DNA of 64,000 nt from positions 5,940-69,939 of the forward strand of contig BPJD01000004.1 of NCBI GenBank assembly GCA_026004435.1. Direction: 5' to 3'. The notes under the pieces were generated by a model. That model was not told the origin of the DNA. It searched no databases and saw only the letters and a list, made by a program, of their open reading frames with translations. Positions within the stretch are counted from its first letter, which is position 1; each line of letters begins with the position of its first letter. Positions 46,102-57,042 of the stretch are shown piece after piece. The stretch is from Patescibacteria group bacterium (GTDB lineage: Bacteria; Patescibacteriota; Microgenomatia; UBA1406; GWC2-37-13). The translations under genes were made by a program, and so were the position numbers.

Positions 46102-47190
46102 TTACTCTAAAAAGTCTTTTAGTTTTTTAGCTCTGGAAGGGTGTCTTAATTTTCTAAGTGCTTTTGATTCAATCTGACGGATCCTCTCTCTGGTAACAGC
46201 AAACTCTTTACCAACATCCTCTAATGTTTTTGGCTTGCTTCCATCTAAACCAAACCTCATAATCAAAACCTTTCTTTCCCGTGGAGAAAGAGTTTCCAAA
46301 ACATCCTGCAAAGAATCTTTAAGAAGTTCTCTGGTAACATTGGTATAGAGATCTTCTCTGTCTGGATCACTGATAAAGTTTTCCAATGTTGTTTTTTTAT
46401 CATCGCCTATAGGCGTTGATAATGAGCTGGGGTGCTGTGAGATTTTAAACAAGTTCTCAACAGACTCTACATCCATATCCATTGCTTTAGCCAATTCCTT
46501 AACAGTAGGCTCTTTACCCAAATGCTGGGTTAATTTTCTTTTGATCTTATAAAGTTTGTTAATCTGATCCACCATATGAACCGGTATTCTAATCGTTCTT
46601 GAGTGATCAGCAATTGCTCTTGTTATTGCCTGCCTAATCCACCAAGTAGCATAAGTAGAGAACTTAAACCCTCTTCTCCAATCGTATTTTTCAACTGCTT
46701 TTATAAGTCCTTTATTGCCCTCTTGAATCAAATCCAAAAATGAAAGCCTTCTACCAAGATATTTTTTGGCAATTGAGACAACTAATCTTAAATTAGACTT
46801 AACCAACAGCTCTTTGGCAGACATATCGCCTTTTTCATATCTTTTCGCCAGCTCAATCTCTTGTTGATGATTCAGCAAAGGATGTTTGCCAATCTCTCTT
46901 AAATACATCTTAATCGGATCTACTGACTCACCCTGCTTGCTTTCTAACAACTCCTGAATCTCTTTTTCAATATTATCAACTGATTTTGAGACTATCTCTT
47001 CTTCAGAGGTAGAAACAGTCTCATAAATATCTATTCCCTCTTCTATAGCCTTGGCAAAAAACTTATCTATCTCTTCAATATGATTTTCAGGCTCAGGATA
47101 AATAAACATAATATCATCCAATACTAAAAATCCGCTTTCTTTGCCTTCTTTTAATAAATCATCTAAAGTTTTAGGTATATCTTTTTTCAT
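46102..47190 (-). CDS. rpoD: RNA polymerase sigma factor RpoD
   Basis: Region 2 [17 protein letters not shown], region 3, and region 4.2 [28 protein letters not shown]. The start is set at ATG 47190; the track start is TTG. Confidence 0.92.
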   Translation of the reverse strand: MKKDIPKTLDDLLKEGKESGFLVLDDIMFIYPEPENHIEEIDKFFAKAIEEGIDIYETVSTSEEEIVSKSVDNIEKEIQELLESKQGESVDPIKMYLREIGKHPLLNHQQEIELAKRYEKGDMSAKELLVKSNLRLVVSIAKKYLGRRLSFLDLIQEGNKGLIKAVEKYDWRRGFKFSTYATWWIRQAITRAIADHSRTIRIPVHMVDQINKLYKIKRKLTQHLGKEPTVKELAKAMDMDVESVENLFKISQHPSSLSTPIGDDKKTTLENFISDPDREDLYTNVTRELLKDSLQDVLETLSPRERKVLIMRFGLDGSKPKTLEDVGKEFAVTRERIRQIESKALRKLRHPSRAKKLKDFLE

Positions 47191-47252
47191 AACAACACTA
47201 CAACTTATAGTCTCCAACTATTTTATGTTATTTTACCAATTAAACACTAATT

Positions 47253-48992
47253 TTAAAATGATAAATATTCTTGCTCTATTTGCCGCAACTGCTTTATTAA
47301 ATCATTTAAACTTGTCTCGTCAACATCAGATTGGCTGGTTATGGTTTTAATTTTGTGTTTTAAGGACAGTATCTTTATATAATACAAGATTTTTTTTATT
47401 CTTCTCTCTTGACTAGGCAAAAAATCAAGATAAAGATAGGCTGTCTCAGCAAAATCTTTTAACTCAGCTGAAAGATTATCGAAAATATCTTGAGCTGTCA
47501 ATTCTTTGTTGGTTTTAGACAGCTGCTGTATTATCTTTAAGGTATCAGCCACAGCAACTGTTCTAAAATCAGACAGCTCCAATACCTTAAAAACTTCATC
47601 TATCACTGAACTGATATTCTCTGACTGTAATATTATGCCTAACAGGATTTTTTCATGATCTATTTTTTGTTCATCTTTAACTGGTTTAACAGTGAACACC
47701 TTTCGCCTCCTGCTTAAAAACCTTAACTCCTGTTGTAGTTTGTTCTCTGATAATGACAGCTCTTCTGCTAGTTTTTTAAGATAAAAATCATAAATTACAG
47801 GGTTTTTGATTAAATTAAAAACATAAGCCGCCTCCTGCAAAAAACTATTTCTGCCATAGGCTGAGTTAAGATCATACTTTTGTTTGTAAAGGTTTAAGAT
47901 AAACTCGTATATATTTACAGGCTCTGATAATGCTTTAGAAAACTTTAACTTATCTTTTGAAACAGCCTCATCTGGATCTTTGGCAAAATTAAGTCTAACA
48001 ACATAAACCTCAATCTCAAAATCTTTGATCACATCCAATGTTCGTTTAGCTGCATTTTCTCCTGCAGAGTCGCTGTCAAAGACAAGAACTAACCTGTCTG
48101 TTAAACGGGAGACCAACTTTATCTGTTCTTCAGTTATAGCAGAACCTTTTATAGCCAAAAAATTTTTAAAGCCTTCCTGATAGGGCTTGATTAAATCAAA
48201 CTCACCCTCTACTATATAAGCTAAGTTCTTGTCTCTAATATAGTCCTTCGTTTGGTCAATGCCAAAAAAGCTCTCTCTTTTATGATACACCTCAGTCTCC
48301 GGTGTATTAATATACTTTGCTACTCCCTCTTTGTCTTCCAAAACCCTGCCCGAAAAGCCGACAACCTCTGATCTAATATTTACCAAAGGAAACACAATAC
48401 GAGACTGAAACCTGTCATAAACTTCAGATCCTCTAGCGTAAAAAACTCCTGTTTTTAACAAAAGCTGTTTGCTGATCTGCTCCCGACTAAACACTCTTTT
48501 CCAATAAAGATCTGTTGAAGGACTAAAACCAATGCCAAATTTTTTAATGATAGACTCCGATAAACCTCTTTTATTTTTCAGATAATCCAGGGCAATTCTC
48601 CCCTCCTTTGAATTAAACAATAAATAGCTGTAAAAATTTGCTATGCGCTTATTTAAACCTAAGATTTCGCTCTTTAGATTAGAGGAAGTGCCCGAAGATC
48701 TTAATGCTCTGGAGTAATCAAGACCAAGTTTTTCAGCAAGTTCTTTCACAGCTGTAATAAAATCAATATTTTCCCATTTCATATAAAAAGAAATCACATC
48801 TCCACCTTCCTGACAGGCACCAAAACATCTCCAGATCTGCCTTTCAGGAGAAACCATAAATGAAGGTGTTTTTTCCTGATGAAACGGACACTTTGCCTTA
48901 AAATTTTTTCCAGCGCGTTTTAACTCTATATAAGAACCAATAAAATCAACTATATCCAGCTTCTGCTTTATTTGCTGTAAAACTTCATCCAT
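47253..48992 (-). CDS. dnaG: DNA primase DnaG
   Basis: Zinc-binding CPFHQEKTPSF...CFGACQEGGD and TOPRIM EGEFD / DSDSAGENAA. It lies upstream of rpoD, as in the classic operon. Confidence 0.92.
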   Translation of the reverse strand: MDEVLQQIKQKLDIVDFIGSYIELKRAGKNFKAKCPFHQEKTPSFMVSPERQIWRCFGACQEGGDVISFYMKWENIDFITAVKELAEKLGLDYSRALRSSGTSSNLKSEILGLNKRIANFYSYLLFNSKEGRIALDYLKNKRGLSESIIKKFGIGFSPSTDLYWKRVFSREQISKQLLLKTGVFYARGSEVYDRFQSRIVFPLVNIRSEVVGFSGRVLEDKEGVAKYINTPETEVYHKRESFFGIDQTKDYIRDKNLAYIVEGEFDLIKPYQEGFKNFLAIKGSAITEEQIKLVSRLTDRLVLVFDSDSAGENAAKRTLDVIKDFEIEVYVVRLNFAKDPDEAVSKDKLKFSKALSEPVNIYEFILNLYKQKYDLNSAYGRNSFLQEAAYVFNLIKNPVIYDFYLKKLAEELSLSENKLQQELRFLSRRRKVFTVKPVKDEQKIDHEKILLGIILQSENISSVIDEVFKVLELSDFRTVAVADTLKIIQQLSKTNKELTAQDIFDNLSAELKDFAETAYLYLDFLPSQERRIKKILYYIKILSLKHKIKTITSQSDVDETSLNDLIKQLRQIEQEYLSF

Positions 48993-49055
48993 AAAGTTAG
49001 GTTATAATGTAAACTTAAATTTGAGATTTTCACAACTGAAGTCTATAATTTAATT

Positions 49056-50537
49056 ATGAACCTATTATACCTAAATACTAAAACAATTAGATTGCTGTCA
49101 TTTAAAAAAGATATTTTCAGACAAATAGAGGTTGACCTGTTTGCAAAAACCTATGAAACAGAGATCTTTAATACTGAAGACCCTAATATAGACATTATTG
49201 CCTCAGCTGTAAAAGAAAGCTACAACAATATTTTCCACAACAAGAAAAAAACCAATAAATTCGTGCTTATTTTATCAGCTCCTCCTTTTGAGATTATAAG
49301 AGCTGAACTTCCAACTGATATCAGCGCAAACACAGAAAAAAGTTTTATTAGCCAAAAAGTAATCTCAACCTTTCCCAATGAAACCAAACTATATACCTAC
49401 TCAACAGAGAACTTTAATAATAAAAAAACAGCAGTTATCTATGCATTAGACAAAAGACTAACAGCTCAAATAAAATCAGCTTTTGACATTTTAGACTTTA
49501 AGTTAGAGCATATAATCCCTGAGCCAGCCTTATACTTTCATCTATTTGCCAACACACTCTCAAAGACCAAGACCGAGCACATCTGGTTTATGAACACAAC
49601 AGTGTTTAACAATCAAATCTTGGCAGAAGGATATTTTTATGACAATCTAGGAGCTGAAAAAACTCCCAAGATTAGTCTTACTGCCAAAAACGAAGAAGAA
49701 TTAAAACAAAAAATCATTGAGATTAGAGAAAAGAAAGAAGCTGAGTTTAAGTTTCACAGATTAATCTTAGGAGGGTATTTGGCTCACAATACCAGACAGG
49801 ACATCCTAACAAAAGAACTTGGCATCTGGGTTAATCCTTTATATAAAATTGTAGAAGAGTATCATCTGGAAAACCTGAAAAAATTTGTAAATTACGACCA
49901 TACCAATGAAAAATTCTGGGACTTCCTGCCTCAACTTGCTTCTCTAATCAACAAAGACTCGCCAGCTGTAAAAATTGATAAAAGCCTTGAAACTAGCTAC
50001 AGATCTGGCATAATTAAAACAGAAAGTAAAGGTATGCTAAATCAATTTAAACCAGGAGGTTTTGTTTTCAATTTTCTAATATCTCTTATTCTGGCTTTTT
50101 CTATAATGTATGGCTACTCAAGAATACAAGGCCAGACAGGAGGATTTAATCTTAGTTTGCCTAATAATCTTCTTTCAAGACAACAACCAACAGCCACACC
50201 TCAACCAACTGCTGTGCCTACTAATACACCAACTCCTACTCCAAGCATAAACAAAGAAGAGATTAATATTAAAATCCTAAATGGATCAGGAGTTAGAGGA
50301 CAAGCAGGCAAACTGCAAACCTATCTTGAAGAAAAAGGCTACTCTCAAATAATCACAGGCAATGCTGACAACTTTGATTACACAAAGACAGAGATCCAGT
50401 ATAAATCAGAGCAATTAATGACTGTAGTCAGAGATGATCTTAAAGAAGTTGTTGACAACCCTTCATTAAAACTGCTTGAAGACGACTCTAATGCAGATAT
50501 AGTAATCATTATTGGATCAGATCTTTCACTTGAGTAA
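49056..50537 (+). CDS. membrane protein with a C-terminal LytR_C-type domain
   Basis: One central TM helix and a PT-rich linker, followed by INIKILNGSGVRGQAGKLQTYLEEKGY...ADNFDYTKTEIQY. Confidence 0.5.
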   Translation: MNLLYLNTKTIRLLSFKKDIFRQIEVDLFAKTYETEIFNTEDPNIDIIASAVKESYNNIFHNKKKTNKFVLILSAPPFEIIRAELPTDISANTEKSFISQKVISTFPNETKLYTYSTENFNNKKTAVIYALDKRLTAQIKSAFDILDFKLEHIIPEPALYFHLFANTLSKTKTEHIWFMNTTVFNNQILAEGYFYDNLGAEKTPKISLTAKNEEELKQKIIEIREKKEAEFKFHRLILGGYLAHNTRQDILTKELGIWVNPLYKIVEEYHLENLKKFVNYDHTNEKFWDFLPQLASLINKDSPAVKIDKSLETSYRSGIIKTESKGMLNQFKPGGFVFNFLISLILAFSIMYGYSRIQGQTGGFNLSLPNNLLSRQQPTATPQPTAVPTNTPTPTPSINKEEINIKILNGSGVRGQAGKLQTYLEEKGYSQIITGNADNFDYTKTEIQYKSEQLMTVVRDDLKEVVDNPSLKLLEDDSNADIVIIIGSDLSLE

Positions 50538-50556
50538 AGATTAACCAAATCTGCTT

Positions 50557-51573
50557 ATGGATAAAACAGAGTTAGAACAAAAACTGCGCGAAATTAAAAC
50601 AATCTTAAAACCAGAAGAACTTGATAAAAAAATCAAACAACTGCAACAAGAAACAACTGACCCTAACTTTTGGAATAACAGCCAAGAAGCTCAAGCTAAG
50701 ATGAAAGAACTAGCCAAACTGCAGAATCAGCTTGAAGAAATAATTCAGGCTGAGATAGCTCTGGAAGAAAACAAATTAGACCAAGCAAAAGAAATAATAA
50801 ACAAATACTATTTGTTTTTACTGTTTGATGAACCTTATGATAAAAACTCTGCATTTTTTTCAATCCATGCAGGATCAGGAGGCACAGAAGCAATGGACTG
50901 GGCAGATATTCTCTTTAGAATGTATACTAGATTTTTTGACAAACAAGGCTTTAAATATGAAACACTAAACTTTATAGCTGGAGATGAAGCTGGAATTCAG
51001 ACAGTATCACTTCAGGTAGAAGGCGAGTATGCTTTTGGCTACCTTAAAGGAGAAGCTGGCACTCACAGATTAGTAAGAATCTCTCCTTTTGATGCTGACA
51101 AAAACAGGCACACATCCTTTGCTCTTGTTGAAGTAGTGCCAATAATGACAGAAAAAAATATTGAGATTGATGAAAACGATTTGGAGTGGCAGTTTTTCAG
51201 AAGTGGAGGACACGGAGGACAAAATGTTAATAAGGTATCCACAGCAGTAAGACTCACTCACAAGCCTACAGGAATTGTTGTAGTTTGCCAGAGCGAAAGA
51301 TACCAAAACGCCAACCGTAAAATAGCATTAGAGATCTTAATGGGCAAACTCTGGCAAAAACAGCAGGAAGAAGAGCAAAAAAAACTTTCAAAATTCAAAA
51401 CAAAAACACCTGCCAGCTGGGGCACTCAGATCAGATCCTATGTGCTTCACCCTTATCAATTAGTAAAAGACTTAAGAACCAATTACGAAGAAACAGATGC
51501 CTACAATGTATTAGACGGCAACTTGGACAACTTCATTAAAGAATACTTAATCTGGAATAAAAAAAATAAATAA
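50557..51573 (+). CDS. prfB: peptide chain release factor 2, encoded in a single frame
   Basis: The SPF tripeptide (VRISPFDA) and the GGQ motif ([10 protein letters not shown]) are present. The ORF is continuous through the region where many bacteria have the +1 frameshift site. Confidence 0.92.
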   Translation: MDKTELEQKLREIKTILKPEELDKKIKQLQQETTDPNFWNNSQEAQAKMKELAKLQNQLEEIIQAEIALEENKLDQAKEIINKYYLFLLFDEPYDKNSAFFSIHAGSGGTEAMDWADILFRMYTRFFDKQGFKYETLNFIAGDEAGIQTVSLQVEGEYAFGYLKGEAGTHRLVRISPFDADKNRHTSFALVEVVPIMTEKNIEIDENDLEWQFFRSGGHGGQNVNKVSTAVRLTHKPTGIVVVCQSERYQNANRKIALEILMGKLWQKQQEEEQKKLSKFKTKTPASWGTQIRSYVLHPYQLVKDLRTNYEETDAYNVLDGNLDNFIKEYLIWNKKNK

Positions 51574-51769
51574 CTACAGCTTTGCTACCTCAAAAGTTGA
51601 GATAATTTTCTCTAACTCAGATAAAGGAATCTGATTTTCCTTATAAGGAAAACAAAGACAACTGTATTGTTCTGAACTGCAAAGTAAAAGCTATCCCAGT
51701 ACCAGTCAGCAGAAATATTATCTACATAAAGAAATCGTTTACCATTATCAAAATTAACTTCCCTAAAAC

Positions 51770-52306
51770 TTAAACTAACCAATCACTATAAGGATAAGTC
51801 TTTCCAAGATTGTTTTTTAACCAAACTCTTCTTGATCCTGAGACATAAGAATCAAACCTTAAAGAAAAAATTGCATATTCGGCTGTATCAATGCCAACAT
51901 AGATTCTTTTGGTTTTTGCATCAACAATAAACAACTCTCCGCTAGCTGAATCAACATCGCTTATGCTGTAGTTTAAAGGATATCTAAAAGAAAACCTTGC
52001 CCTGCCAAAATTACCATTATACGACAACCAACTGCTTGGAATACTTGACTCCAACAAATTAGAATCAGAACTAAGCTCTTGCGTCAAAACAGGTGAAACA
52101 GTTACCTCACCTGCCTCCGGAGTTGCAATAGATTCCTGTCTTAAACCAGATTCAATGACATTATTAGAATAACCAGAGCTTTCAAACAAATCATTGTTTT
52201 CTTGGCCAGTATAGTATGTATCCCTATACTCGTATGATTTTGATAAGCCTAAAAAATAACCAGATAAAAAGCCTAAAACAGCAACAAAATAAATAATTAA
52301 AATCAA
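51770..52306 (-). CDS. membrane-anchored hypothetical protein
   Basis: N-terminal TM helix, with no recognisable domain. Confidence 0.45.
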   Translation of the reverse strand: MILIIYFVAVLGFLSGYFLGLSKSYEYRDTYYTGQENNDLFESSGYSNNVIESGLRQESIATPEAGEVTVSPVLTQELSSDSNLLESSIPSSWLSYNGNFGRARFSFRYPLNYSISDVDSASGELFIVDAKTKRIYVGIDTAEYAIFSLRFDSYVSGSRRVWLKNNLGKTYPYSDWLV

Positions 52307-52469
52307 CCTTAAACTTAAGCTTGCTAAAAAAGATCCTGAAGATTAAGAAGCCTGATTAAACTCATTATTTTTGATGATCCATTCATTGGACCCAATATAA
52401 AAAAATATTAATATATTTTTTGTCAAATTTCTTTTGATTTTTTATCTGTCAGATGTTATGCTTTAGAAT

Positions 52470-52907
52470 ATGTCTGAAGGACTTGTAAAATCATTTCAAG
52501 AAACAGATCAACCAAACTACACAGATTTAATTAACAAAAAAATTATAGTATTATTAATAATAACAGGATTATTAGTTGGCTTGTCTGTTGGTTATTTTAC
52601 CGCTCCTAAAACTCAGACAGCCGAAACAACAACTACCAATGAAAAAACTATTACACAAGCTGGTATTATGGATGAAAAAAAATTTCCTGATAAAGCTGAA
52701 GGAGTATTAAAAGAAGGTGGAATTGACGGCGAAGGCAGTTTTCATCTTGAAAGACCCGGAGGCGAATCGCAAAATGTTTATTTGACCTCAACCACAGTTG
52801 ATCTAACTCAGTTCATTAATAAAAAAGTTCAGATATGGGGAGCTACTTACAAAGGAGAAAAAGCAGGCTGGTTAATGGATGTAGGATATATTAAAATAAT
52901 AGAATGA
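52470..52907 (+). CDS. membrane-anchored hypothetical protein
   Basis: One TM helix and a small extracytoplasmic domain. ATGA overlap with ftsE. Confidence 0.5.
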   Translation: MSEGLVKSFQETDQPNYTDLINKKIIVLLIITGLLVGLSVGYFTAPKTQTAETTTTNEKTITQAGIMDEKKFPDKAEGVLKEGGIDGEGSFHLERPGGESQNVYLTSTTVDLTQFINKKVQIWGATYKGEKAGWLMDVGYIKIIE

Positions 52908-53578
52908 TCAAATTTGTTAATGTAACTAAAGCATTTGACAAATCAAATCCTTTATTTGAAAACCTTAATCTTGAGATTAAAGACAATGATTTTGTCTTTA
53001 TTATTGGTAAATCTGGGGCAGGAAAAACTACACTGCTTAGCCTGATAATTAACAAGATCAAACTAGATGATGGACAAATTATTGTAGATAATCTTAAGGT
53101 TGATAAAAAATTTAACAAAACAGACAGACTAAGACAAAAAATTGGGTTTGTGTTTCAAGACTTTAAACTTTTGCCTGCAAAAAACATTTATGAGAACATT
53201 GCTGTATCCTTGCAGATCCTCAAATTTCCCAGATCTGAGTTTGACTACGAGATTAAAAAAGTGTTAAAAATAGTAGATCTTGAAGGCAAAGAACTTTATT
53301 TTCCTAATCAACTCTCTGCTGGAGAACAGCAAAGGGCAGCTATAGCCAGAGCAGTTGCAGGAAACAGACCAATACTTTTAGCAGATGAACCAACCGGCAA
53401 TTTAGACCCTGAAAACAGCTGGAAAATTATGCAGATTTTTTCTAAACTAAAAGCTAAAAGAACAATAGTCATTGCAACCCACAACACAGATATAGTCAAT
53501 AGTTTTCAACAAAGAGTTATTAGATTAGATCAAGGCAAAATAATATCAGATAAAGTTGGAGGAAATTACAGTTTATAA
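52904..53578 (+). CDS. ftsE: cell division ATP-binding protein FtsE
   Basis: Walker A GKSGAGKTT, signature LSAGEQQRAAIARAV and Walker B LLADEPTGNLD. It is followed by ftsX. Confidence 0.88.
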   Translation: MIKFVNVTKAFDKSNPLFENLNLEIKDNDFVFIIGKSGAGKTTLLSLIINKIKLDDGQIIVDNLKVDKKFNKTDRLRQKIGFVFQDFKLLPAKNIYENIAVSLQILKFPRSEFDYEIKKVLKIVDLEGKELYFPNQLSAGEQQRAAIARAVAGNRPILLADEPTGNLDPENSWKIMQIFSKLKAKRTIVIATHNTDIVNSFQQRVIRLDQGKIISDKVGGNYSL

Positions 53579-53581
53579 CTT

Positions 53582-54475
53582 ATGAAAGACATACTTATTG
53601 CTTTAAGACGAAATCCTTACCAAAACTTTGCCAGTTTGCTGGTTTTAACATTATCTTCTTTTTTTATTATTAGTTTTGTGTTTATGCTTTTATTTTTTAC
53701 AGCTTTACTAACAAAAATTGAGACACTACCTCAGGTTACAATTTACTTTAAGCCGGATACTCCAACTGAAACAATAGCCAAGCTTAAAGAAGAGATCGCC
53801 AATACCTTTAAAGTAACAGAAATAAACTTTATAACTCAATCTCAAGCCCTAGAGATCTATAAACAGATTTTTGAAGGACAAGAAAGCTTCACCTCATTAG
53901 TTACAGAGAATATGCTGCCTCCCTCGCTTGAGATAAAAACCAACAACCCTGAAAACCTCTACCAAATAGCAGAGTATGCTAAAACCAAACCCGGTGTAGA
54001 TGAGGTTGATTTTCAAAGAAGTATTGTAGACACACTGCTTAAATTTACTAAAACCTTAAGACGATTTACTCTCATCTCAGCTGTTGTAATATTTACAATA
54101 ACTTTAATCATTCTAATATCAATAATAACCTTTAAGGTAGCAATAAGGCGCGATATTATAGAAACACTTAAACTGCTTGGAGCAAGCAACTTTTTTGTAA
54201 TTAAACCATTGCTGATAGAAAACCTCATAATTGCAGTTATAAGTTCAACTTTATCTTTCCTATTGTTTACAGGCATAATTTTATACTTAAAACCTTTTGT
54301 TAACAATTACTTTGCCACGATTGGAAAGCTACAGCTTACACTCAACAGCTACACCATAACTGTCTGGCCTATTACAACAACCAGCTCACTAATAATTTTA
54401 GCTTTGGCACTAGTATTTACAGTAACCTCTGCGTCATTGGCAACTTTGATATCAGCTAAAAAATATATAAAATAA
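53582..54475 (+). CDS. ftsX: cell division permease-like protein FtsX
   Basis: TM1, a periplasmic loop domain and 3 C-terminal TM helices. It starts 3 nt after ftsE. Confidence 0.85.
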   Translation: MKDILIALRRNPYQNFASLLVLTLSSFFIISFVFMLLFFTALLTKIETLPQVTIYFKPDTPTETIAKLKEEIANTFKVTEINFITQSQALEIYKQIFEGQESFTSLVTENMLPPSLEIKTNNPENLYQIAEYAKTKPGVDEVDFQRSIVDTLLKFTKTLRRFTLISAVVIFTITLIILISIITFKVAIRRDIIETLKLLGASNFFVIKPLLIENLIIAVISSTLSFLLFTGIILYLKPFVNNYFATIGKLQLTLNSYTITVWPITTTSSLIILALALVFTVTSASLATLISAKKYIK

Positions 54476-54482
54476 GAAAAGA

Positions 54483-55700
54483 ATGCTTAAAATATCAAAA
54501 ACTCTGAAAAAAACAGCTATAACATTGATAATAGCACTTGTAGCAACCTCTGTTGTCCTTTCTCAAGAATGCACGCCAGACCTTGATGTAACAAACAAAT
54601 CTAAAACAGAACTTACTGAGATTATTGAATCTTGCCAACAAAAACTTAAGAATATTAAAAACCAAATAAACACACTTTCATCGCAGATTAATTATATGAA
54701 TACTCAAATTTATATAACAAAGCTTAAGATCAACCAAACACAAGAACATATTGCCAAAACAAAAGAAGAGATTGATCTTTTGGAAAACAAAATCAAAGAT
54801 ATGGACTCTAATCTAACTGATTTATCAAAAGAGTTTTTGCTGTTAACTCAAGAAATCTACAAAATACAGTCAAAACCATTGTTTGTTAAGTTAACAACTG
54901 CAGACAACTTTTCTGACCTGCTTAGACAGTACAAATATCTAAAAACAAAGATTGACCAGAATCATCAACTAATGATCAATATCCAAAGAACCAAACTAAC
55001 CTATGAAGATCAAGTTGAGTTAAGAGAAAAAAAACAAGAGGAATTAAACCAACTTGAACAACTATTAAGGCAACAAGAAACATCACTGCAAGAACAACAA
55101 AGATCAAAACAACAACTGCTGGAACTGACTAAAAACGATGAAAAGACTTACCAAAGCCTTTTGGACAAAGCCAGACAAGAACTTGCATCGTTTAGAAGCT
55201 TTATCCAAAGCGTAGGACCATCTGTTATTCCAGCAGATGGGTTTGGCAAAGGCGAGCTAGGCTGGTACTACTCCCAAAGAGATGAACGCTGGGCAAACTA
55301 TATCATTAACAACTCTGATATGAATATAATAGAGGTCGGTTGTCTGATAACAGATATTGCTATGATCTATAAAAGCGAAGGCTACAATATAACACCGATT
55401 GATATTGCCTCAGAAGCAGACAGATTCCTAACCAACACAGCATATATGCTCAGGCCTTGGAGACTGCCCTCAGGAAAACTCTTTAATCCAATCGCAAAGT
55501 CAGAGATTGATCAGAAATTATCTGAAGGCAAAAAAGTTATTGTTGGAGTTTATGCAGGAAACTACGGCACACATTATGTTGTGCTGGCGGCAAAAGACAA
55601 TGATGACTATATTATGTACGACCCATATTACGGACCTGATCTAAAGTTTTCAAGCAAATACTCAAAAGCCAGTATTTTTACTGCAGTAGCAATTGAGTAA
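54483..55700 (+). CDS. PcsB/EnvC-like protein: long coiled coil plus a C-terminal cysteine-peptidase-like domain
   Basis: Signal peptide and about 200 aa of heptad-rich coiled coil. Then GWYYSQRDERWAN...VGCLITDIAMIY...GTHYVVLAAKD...YDPYYG, a Cys...His pattern like C39-like or CHAP-type papain-fold hydrolases. Its position directly after ftsEX supports the call. Confidence 0.55.
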   Translation: MLKISKTLKKTAITLIIALVATSVVLSQECTPDLDVTNKSKTELTEIIESCQQKLKNIKNQINTLSSQINYMNTQIYITKLKINQTQEHIAKTKEEIDLLENKIKDMDSNLTDLSKEFLLLTQEIYKIQSKPLFVKLTTADNFSDLLRQYKYLKTKIDQNHQLMINIQRTKLTYEDQVELREKKQEELNQLEQLLRQQETSLQEQQRSKQQLLELTKNDEKTYQSLLDKARQELASFRSFIQSVGPSVIPADGFGKGELGWYYSQRDERWANYIINNSDMNIIEVGCLITDIAMIYKSEGYNITPIDIASEADRFLTNTAYMLRPWRLPSGKLFNPIAKSEIDQKLSEGKKVIVGVYAGNYGTHYVVLAAKDNDDYIMYDPYYGPDLKFSSKYSKASIFTAVAIE

Positions 55701-57031
55701 TGTCAAAAGCAAAACCCAACAAACAAAAATTAAGAATACTATTAATTCTGCTTGCTATTACTTTGTTTTTTTTTAATCAAACTACTGTTAAGCCGCAGAC
55801 AGAGGAACGAACAAAAGCACCATTAATAATAAACGAGTTTATGCCTAAAAAAGACTCAAACTCTACCATCTGCCCTAACCAAGAATGGGTAGAGCTTTAC
55901 AATAACTCTGAAACAGAGATCGATCTAAACAATTATTTAATTGATGATCTGCTAGATGACTTTTCAACCAACCAAACCAATGGCTCTTCTGCCAAAATAC
56001 TAACTGATAAAACAATCCAGCCTAAAAGTTTTGTTGTTTTTTGCTTAGGCGCAAGTTTTTTAAATGATTCAGGGGATGAAATAAATTTGGTATCCAATGA
56101 GTATCAGATTCTAGACAGTTATCAGTTTGATAAGGCTTATGATAATTTATCCTACAGTCTTTGCCCAACATCAGACTCCAGCTATAGCTTTATGCTGGCA
56201 ACTCCAAGCGCTGAAGCTGAAAACAACTGTCAAGAAGATCCACTAGAATCGACTAACTCAACAGACAAAACTACAACAACACCGACACCAACTCTAACAG
56301 CAACTCCAACCCCGACTCTCATACCTACACCAACTAAAACACCGGTTGTTTATAAAGATCTTATCTTATCTGAGGTTTACCCTGCTCCCAACTCAAACGA
56401 AGCCGAATGGATTGAGCTTTATAACCCATACGATTATGAGGTAGAGTTAATCAACTACTTTATTGACGACATACCACAGGGATCAGACCCAATTGAGTTT
56501 ACTGCAAAAATAAAAGCCAAATCTTACTTGACAATAGATTTATCTAAAAATATCTTTAACAACAACCAAGACACAGCCAGACTGCTGGATTTTAACCAAA
56601 ATCTAATCTCAGAGATCAGCTACAGCAGTACTGTAAAAGCAAAAAGCTGGATCAGAGACAAAAACAACCGCATCTGTCTATCAGAACCCAGCAAGGCTAA
56701 AGAAAACCCGGTCTGCCCTTCAGAACAAACAGATCCAACTCAAACAACAGAAGAAGAAAATTTTACTGTTTTAACTACAACTGAAAATAACAAGACAGAA
56801 GCTGAAAAACAAACTATCAAGCAGACAAACCAAGCAACAATATCCAAGATTGAGAATCTACTAACCAGTTCATTTAACACTCAAACAAGAACTCCAAGTC
56901 AGGTCTTAGGCATCCAAACAAACAGTCACAGCATATCTGAAGGTATAGAGCAGACAGTATTGTTAAACAGTTTAACTATTCTGGCAATTTATATCTTTTA
57001 TCTATGGACAAAAATAAAAAAATCAGTTTAG
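55700..57031 (+). CDS. surface protein with two lamin-tail domains (LTD), a PT linker and a C-terminal TM anchor
   Basis: Two LTD signatures are present: LIINEFMPK...EWVELYNNSETEIDLNNYLIDD and LILSEVYPAPNSNEAEWIELYNPYDYEVELINYFIDD. Confidence 0.65.
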   Translation: MSKAKPNKQKLRILLILLAITLFFFNQTTVKPQTEERTKAPLIINEFMPKKDSNSTICPNQEWVELYNNSETEIDLNNYLIDDLLDDFSTNQTNGSSAKILTDKTIQPKSFVVFCLGASFLNDSGDEINLVSNEYQILDSYQFDKAYDNLSYSLCPTSDSSYSFMLATPSAEAENNCQEDPLESTNSTDKTTTTPTPTLTATPTPTLIPTPTKTPVVYKDLILSEVYPAPNSNEAEWIELYNPYDYEVELINYFIDDIPQGSDPIEFTAKIKAKSYLTIDLSKNIFNNNQDTARLLDFNQNLISEISYSSTVKAKSWIRDKNNRICLSEPSKAKENPVCPSEQTDPTQTTEEENFTVLTTTENNKTEAEKQTIKQTNQATISKIENLLTSSFNTQTRTPSQVLGIQTNSHSISEGIEQTVLLNSLTILAIYIFYLWTKIKKSV

Positions 57032-57042
57032 AATAAATTTAT

